From NCBI GenBank assembly GCA_964187785.1, contig OZ076415.1, forward strand, positions 33,480,001 through 33,544,000: DNA of 64,000 nucleotides. Reading direction: 5' to 3'. The position numbers and the translations under genes are program-made. This document shows, piece after piece, positions 57,445 through 64,000 of this stretch; positions within the stretch are counted from its first letter, which is position 1, and each line of letters opens with the position of its first letter. The stretch comes from Amphiscolops sp. MND2022. Lineage: Eukaryota. The notes below the pieces were generated by a model that saw only the letters and a program-made list of their open reading frames with translations, was not told the origin of the DNA and did not search any database.

Positions 57445-59974
57445 ATCATTTAAGAGACTAGTCTGAAATATGAACAAAAATTCAAGTAAAATTGACTTTC
57501 CGCTTTTAATCCTTTGAATGCAGTTCAAACCCTCCAGCAACCAATCAATTTAAAAAAACCACTTGCTCGCTTTCTGTCATTAATGAACTTGGCCGTTCTG
57601 TCGGTATATTCAAATATTTACTTTTAGGAATGAAGACCTAACTTCAGCGTTCTCATAATCATCGGTCTCACGCAGAAATATGAAGTCGGGACGACTTGAA
57701 ACTTCATCTGAGAATTTTATGAATTTTGGCGAGTCACTTTTTAATCTCGCAATGAGTAAAAACAAAACATAGATTATCAATTATGCACGGCAGCGGAGCT
57801 ATTTGCAAAATATGATAGAAACAAAATTTCCCAGAATTTTTGTATAGTTTACATTTAATTTTTGAAGTCTTATCACCCGTGTGAAACAGTTTTTACATGT
57901 AATAATTGGAAATCTAGCTTCAGTCTAAATTAAGAGCAGAAGGTAGTCGTTTACTTTTTGATATTGATCAAGATGTCTATTGACAAATTACACTCGAAAA
58001 CTTTGAGCTCCTCATTGTGTACAAGTAAAAGATAATCACAAACCCGAGGTCTTAAATCTATACCCAATTTTTTTTACCGGAATTAATTTAGTGGAATTGT
58101 CCGTATTCTTTGGATGTAGTAAACACTAATGGCCAGTGGTCCTTAAAGTTTGACAGTGGTTAGCGGACAGCGATGAATCGGAAGATAATGACCCAAACGA
58201 AACTTTATAAACTACGTAAGAATCAAAAATTTAGATCGCACACAATCATTCCGCTATATTTGTCATGATAGTTTCCTATTATCAAATTATCAATCTCTTT
58301 TGATTTTATAGTCGTTTTATAGATACGAACAGAGAAAGTGTTTTGAAAAATTTGAGATTTCATTTTCTAGTAGGCGCTTTCGATAGACGCAGACTAAAAG
58401 TGGCTTTTTTAAAGACAAGCGATCTGACATTTCTATAAATTCTATAAATTGTAACTAACTTGCTTCCGCTTTTTGGCCAAGCAGCCACCGCGGGTGTAAA
58501 AGCGGCTTACTCTTGCGTGCGACTTTTCTTTAATTTTTAAATCGAAGACTAAATTTTTTCTCATATTTTCTACAAAACTGTTTTTGAGGTTATTTGTTAA
58601 GGAAAACCGTTTTCCAAGTCTTAAGGGTGACCACCTTGGTTCTATTTGGTCATGTGGGATTGATGAGTTTTCTCGAAAATTTTGCGACTTTCAAAAAATA
58701 GGTCCCTGTGGGGCACACAATTTCTGCTTTAGGCTACAAAAATAATTAATTTCCAAGTTCATTAATAAAAACATACAATGTTTTAAAAAGTTCACACTCC
58801 GGTCAATTCTTTATAAAACACATAATCAATCACGCGTATATGACGTTTCGCATTCGCATTTTAATACAGACAATGCTCTCGGCGTACGAATAATTAATAC
58901 TCATTCCATCAACTCGGCGTAAGAATAATTGACACTCATTTGCGTTATCTCAATGAACTCAGTGGACGAATGTATAATTACGAACAATCGCTCGCTTTAT
59001 CGCACGAGAATTGAACAAAATAACTATCGTCGCAAAGGTGAACAAAAATCTGAAAATAAACGTGGCATCTTTCAGATTTCAATATTATTCATCCTAATAA
59101 AAGTTAGTTAAACGGGTACCCGCTTCACTTTTCTGTAAATTTTCGTCAGGGATAGACAGTTTTGCGAACTTGAGGGGTCTTTGAGTTTTCCGGCATGTTT
59201 CCGAATATGTTTTCAAAATCTGGGCTTTTTGACGTTTCGATTTAGGGAAAAAGTGGCTTCCGAGTCTCATGGATATCCCTTCGCACCGTAAATTTGCTGA
59301 AAATGTTCACAATAATGCCCTTTTGCTTAGTTAAAATACAATACTATGTTTGAACCTTGAGTGAGGCGCCGAATTAGGCAGTTCCTGGTTGCTTTGTTTA
59401 TCACAGGACCAACAATTTTTAAACGTTTTTCTTCGGCTCAAAATCGGCTACTGTAGTGGAATAGTAATAGCGAGTGCTACGCTTTACCTTTTCACTGTCC
59501 TTTAGAATCGGCTGTTTTGTCCATTTTCAAAATTGTCCCGTTTAGGTCATTTTAAACCTATTCTACAAGCAGTGTTGTGCTACTCCTGCTACTTTGAAAG
59601 TTACAACTAAAAAATATTCCGATGAAAAAAGAAAGGATCTGTTTATAGGACGTTTTACGACAGGCCTCGAATTCTATGAAGGAATGAATATCCATTTACA
59701 AAAGAATTCTCACTTGTTATTGCCTGCTGGAGTAAAATTTTTTTCTAAAAATATAGATATTTAAATTCAATCCATTATTTTCAAATAGAGCTCTGAGGTT
59801 TTTATATAAGTATCTTTGTTTTATTATAGAAGTCAATCAATTTCAACACATTAGGATTTTTAGCACTATATTTTTAAAACAAAAGGTTACAAACACAAAT
59901 ACAAGGTTTTAAAAATCCAAAAACACAATCTCTCTAGAATGCATGGTTCGATCATCGGACGAATATTCAAGAGC

Positions 59975-62536
59975 CTAAGAAGCACCAACTTGTATTTTCT
60001 TCACAATTTTTCTTTTGTGGACAGCTATTGCGAACATGGGATACATTTGGTTGTGGTCAAATATTACAAATTGCGGTGGCATTGTTTTATCACCCACGCA
60101 CGAGTCGTACAAATCCTCGCTGTTTGGTTTGACAGGGGGTCTTTTGTCGTAAGGCTTCCCGAGACACGATTCACCACATAGTACAAGGGCAACCATTATT
60201 ACATCTAGTGAGTATTCGCGGTGAGTAGCATTAGCCCATTTGAAAGCGTAGTTGAACTCGGGTGTGAAGTAAGTGCCGTGGCCGAAGTAAGTTCCAAATT
60301 GGTCTCCGGCCAGTCTAAAATCAAAGTTACTTTCAGCTATTTTCCTAGCATTGTCCGGATGTGTACCGTGGAAGAGCAGAGCTTCGTTCAGTTTAGATTT
60401 GCCCAATCTTTTCAGCATGCTTTGACGCTTCACGCAATAATGTTTCCACAAGTTGTGGTTCTCAATTCTGCGAATTTCAATTTGAGGAGTCTGGGGCATC
60501 TTCGACAACACAAAGTTTGCTATAATGCGGTACTCATGGGAGGTTTCCGGGAAAATAGGCCAAGCACGGTAACCAGATTTTGTAACCCAGCTTTCAGGTA
60601 TTGAAACATATCGAGCTTTGGATAACTCTGATTTAATATCTTCAGTCGCTGCTGGCCGTCTACACAGTAATGCAATCTTCCCGGTCGACGATTTAATATT
60701 CATTGCACTGAAGTTGATTCTTTCATTTCCATTGGAGTTTGTCAACAAAAATTGACGATAAAGTTTCTCAATGTTCGCATTTTTGCTGATATATTGATTA
60801 CCTGGGTGAAAGTCGATCCACAAATCATCATTAAGACGGCTGAAAAGCTTAGAAGCAATTTCAGGAAACGCGGATACTTTTGACACACAAGATGCAGTTT
60901 CAGTGTTTTCTCTTCTTAGAAACCATTTCCATTCTTCAGAGTCATAACAGAGTCGTTCAACGCGGATTTCCGGATTTTCATACGCACAAACAGTTCCCTT
61001 CCTGGTGAAATGAAGAGGGTAGTCGCACTCATCGAAGTTGATGGAAGCTGAACATATATGAGGATCGGAGAACAATACTTCAAGGTTTCTTGCTACATCA
61101 ACAGGCAACAATGACCATTTTGGGTCCCCCAGTTTACACGCAACCCACATATATGGCCCTTTAAAGCCAAACATAGGGCATTCTTTTCTGACACATGGAA
61201 AAGTTGAATGAGTAGAGCATGTATCAGGCCACTCCTTCCGTAGCGAATTGTGCTTCTCAGAAAGTTCCAAGCGTTTTGGTCGTCTACACACACGAGTGAT
61301 TGAACCACTGGGACCTTCTTGAGAAAAGGGGAACTCATCATACATGGAACTTTTGCTGATGTTCAAAATAAAGCCTATCTTCGAGCCAACATCAAATTCA
61401 ATATTTTCCGAAGAGTCCGTTTGCATTTTGCTATAAACGGCTTCAATATCAGCGGATTTGATTGTACTTTTAACACCGGCAGTTAGCGTCCCGTAAGGTA
61501 CCCATTGAGGGGGCTTAGTATCTCGTAACCAATACCATACCCAATTTCTTTCGTCACCTTCGTTCAAACTGAGTCGATACAATTGGGCATCTCTGATTGG
61601 TCCCGAAATAGATTCGGCAACCACTTCATTTGCAAAGAGAATACGAACGTTAACTTTCACACCTTTTGAATCAAGAAGACTAAAGTTTAAGATCTCGTTG
61701 GTATACGGGTCATTGTAAGCAGATTCGAGACTAATTTCGGACTTCTCATCGAGACCCGACCATTCAAGTTCGTCGTCAAACCTGTAAACCCATTGATAGA
61801 TTTTCTTACTTCTAGGGTGATGGAATTTACACTTGGTTCCCAGTTCACAATTATTGTTTATGTAATTAACACAAATCTGCCAATGCATATTCTTTTCATA
61901 AACATTGGGATTTTTAATTATTTTCGGCGAAGCTGACCTTTGTCTCGGAGCGGGTACATCCAAAGCTCTTTCAACTTTATGGGGTGAAATGGTCCGCGTG
62001 GGGCCAGTCGGCAAAACCGAAAGTTTATTTTCAAAATTCTTTCGAGGTGACTTCGATCGGGAACTGCTCGCACGCATCACTCCATAAGCAGAACGTTCTT
62101 TACTATATTGAAAACTTCTCACAGTTTTTTCTTCCCACACAGAACCAGTAGTTCGGTTTCTCCTTTGCACTATTCTAAATATTCTCAAATCCATGTCTTG
62201 GCCACTTTGACTAACAACTGCTGAATTAAGACTTTCGGATAAACTTGACGTACAGAAACTGTCATCATAGAAAGATGAATCCATGCTCTCATCCAACACA
62301 GTATTTTGGTAAGTCAAGTGAAATTGTCGCAATAAATTCAACAATTTTGGAGTGTACTGAGTCAACCCATAACTCCTCAGGGACTCAAGGTCTTTCGGAG
62401 CTAGCGTATGGTTAAAATCACAACCTAATGCATCACAGATGCCTCGGAAAACAAGTCGTCTACATAAGTGAATCTTCGGGCATCTTTTATCATCACACAC
62501 TCTATTGTTGTATTCAATGCATATGGTAGGATACAT
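59975..62536 (-). CDS. PARP12/ZAP/TiPARP-family CCCH-WWE mono-ADP-ribosyltransferase
   Basis: Two N-terminal CCCH fingers, a third CCCH plus WWE pairs, and a PARP domain with LFHGT, FGHGTYF, LYDSCV, QFVIFD..QMYP. Start uncertain (ATG 62536 used). Confidence 0.88.
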   Translation of the reverse strand: MYPTICIEYNNRVCDDKRCPKIHLCRRLVFRGICDALGCDFNHTLAPKDLESLRSYGLTQYTPKLLNLLRQFHLTYQNTVLDESMDSSFYDDSFCTSSLSESLNSAVVSQSGQDMDLRIFRIVQRRNRTTGSVWEEKTVRSFQYSKERSAYGVMRASSSRSKSPRKNFENKLSVLPTGPTRTISPHKVERALDVPAPRQRSASPKIIKNPNVYEKNMHWQICVNYINNNCELGTKCKFHHPRSKKIYQWVYRFDDELEWSGLDEKSEISLESAYNDPYTNEILNFSLLDSKGVKVNVRILFANEVVAESISGPIRDAQLYRLSLNEGDERNWVWYWLRDTKPPQWVPYGTLTAGVKSTIKSADIEAVYSKMQTDSSENIEFDVGSKIGFILNISKSSMYDEFPFSQEGPSGSITRVCRRPKRLELSEKHNSLRKEWPDTCSTHSTFPCVRKECPMFGFKGPYMWVACKLGDPKWSLLPVDVARNLEVLFSDPHICSASINFDECDYPLHFTRKGTVCAYENPEIRVERLCYDSEEWKWFLRRENTETASCVSKVSAFPEIASKLFSRLNDDLWIDFHPGNQYISKNANIEKLYRQFLLTNSNGNERINFSAMNIKSSTGKIALLCRRPAATEDIKSELSKARYVSIPESWVTKSGYRAWPIFPETSHEYRIIANFVLSKMPQTPQIEIRRIENHNLWKHYCVKRQSMLKRLGKSKLNEALLFHGTHPDNARKIAESNFDFRLAGDQFGTYFGHGTYFTPEFNYAFKWANATHREYSLDVIMVALVLCGESCLGKPYDKRPPVKPNSEDLYDSCVGDKTMPPQFVIFDHNQMYPMFAIAVHKRKIVKKIQVGAS

Positions 62537-64000
62537 GATAATGGTGGTGTTTTCGTAGGATTTTGCGATTCGAACAAAACAAAGGCTCAAACACAAATAG
62601 ACAACTGAAATACATAGCAACATCAACAAAAATTGAGCGTGGTTTCAAAACTAAACGTCCTCAACTACTTCGTTGTTACAAAGTTTTTAGTTACCCGTGG
62701 ATTCATCCATAGAGAACAACCTTTCACGAAATCTAGTGTGCCAAATAAACCCTTGAATCAATTTGAAATTTGCACCAACTCCAAACTCTCCGTATTATTC
62801 TCAACAAAACTAATCGACTGTCAGATTATGGACGTTCTTTCAGAACTTTGAGCCCATATTCAAAAATACCCGAGGTTAACAATGGATCAAACATGCGCAA
62901 AATGTTGAGAGAGGGCAGTGATTCAAGAACAGAATAAAAGCGCCTGCGATTATATTTGGAAAAATTGGCCAATTCGGGTCAGTATTCAGTAATATTTATG
63001 CAACTACAAATAATTTGCAAATAATGCCAATAAGTTCATCTAATATTTCCACATTTTTTGGGATGAAATTCTGAAAAATTGCAGGAGTACATCTTCCGAT
63101 TTCAAACAGAAAAAAAAGCTGATTCTTCTCAAAAAAAATTCAGTCGCCTCTTTCGATACGAAAAGCAGACCCTTAGTGACTTTTCAAGAAAACACGGACA
63201 GATTTATGAAATAAATTTTATAAGTTTCATTGTTACGCCACTTTACCCAGTGGATTCCCTCGTTTTAACTGCTTGAACGTTTTACATGTTTTTGAAGGTT
63301 GCCAGCAACTTTTACCATGATTTTCAAAAATTCTCAGATTTGATGCACCAAAATTTCCGTGTAATCAGCGTTTATCAACTGCTTGAAAGAATTGTTCAAC
63401 GATCGGCGGCAAATTTAGGCTTTGAAAATGTTCAGGTTTCGTTATGCATAAGTACTAGTTTTAAATGCAGTTGGGACCTTATCAATGTTTCCGCCATCTG
63501 AATGCAAATTAACTTTAGTCACCTAATGAACTGCCAACAAGCGTCACATTCAGCGTCCAATTTGGGAAGCGGCGATTACATCAGATGAGCAGTTTTGAAA
63601 ATGAAGTGCGAAAACAACGTCATTGTAGCCGGCAAGGAAGACGGAAGTATTTTCGATTTCAAATGTGGAAATTGCAGTTTGGCCTTTCAAAATTTCCACA
63701 AGAAGCTTACTGAAACTTCTAGGTCTTACTAAAATTCCCTGCATGCACCCTGCAGCATGCAAATAGTTCCAGTAGTCTCGAGTGGAGGTGATGACTAGGA
63801 AGCAAGGTACTTGGGTTCGAATCAGAGGCTGGACTAATTATACTCTACTTTGGAAGAGGTAAACGAGACCACAGGGTCTCTCCCTTCGCGTTTTTTTCCG
63901 GGACTGCGATTTTTTGAAAATTTTGATTTCACTAAAGGGTCAATATATATTTTTGATAATTTCGGCTCAGAAAAAGCGTTTTTCGAGTCACAATGGTGGC

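Noticed and set aside
57445-57540. N-terminal extension of the DOLK ORF
   Set aside because: Non-ATG start, and it spans a splice acceptor; likely intron or outron.
62537-62629. Signal-peptide-like N-terminus on the PARP ORF
   Set aside because: It overlaps a T-rich acceptor region (TATTTCAG at 62605), so the hydrophobicity is probably an intron artefact. No CaaX at the C-terminus either.
63550-63762. 70-aa minus-strand ORF
   Set aside because: Could be a last exon of a gene beyond the window, but there is no recognisable domain or partner exon.

Overview
AT-rich eukaryotic (animal, probably invertebrate; species not determinable here) genomic DNA. The left ~43 kb is a stack of nested transposable elements; the right ~20 kb holds host genes. 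(1) A young 12.2-kb Ty3/gypsy LTR element (6863-19087; 505-bp LTRs with 2 mismatches; ATAT target-site duplication, TSD). It has gag, a canonical -1 frameshift site, a 1644-aa pol, an intact 784-aa env resembling chuvirus/gB-type class III fusogens, and two extra ORFs between env and the 3' LTR, giving a complex-retrovirus-like layout. (2) That element sits inside a decayed Maverick/Polinton (about 1943-22766, minus strand) that the ORF track mostly misses. Hand translation recovers packaging ATPase, penton, major capsid, cysteine protease, fibre-like repeats and integrase, broken by five insertions and one fold-back scar. (3) Mag-like gypsy elements (one tandem pair sharing an LTR), two CR1/L2-group LINEs, a CRE-like fragment, DINE-1/HINE-like elements and MITEs. 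(4) Host genes: a candidate 94-aa two-exon gene, a NERD-like nuclease + SF1 helicase + ankyrin protein (Schlafen-like layout), ATAD1, DOLK, and a PARP12/ZAP-like gene with a duplicated CCCH-WWE-WWE module. All family assignments come from motif recognition by eye; no database search was run.
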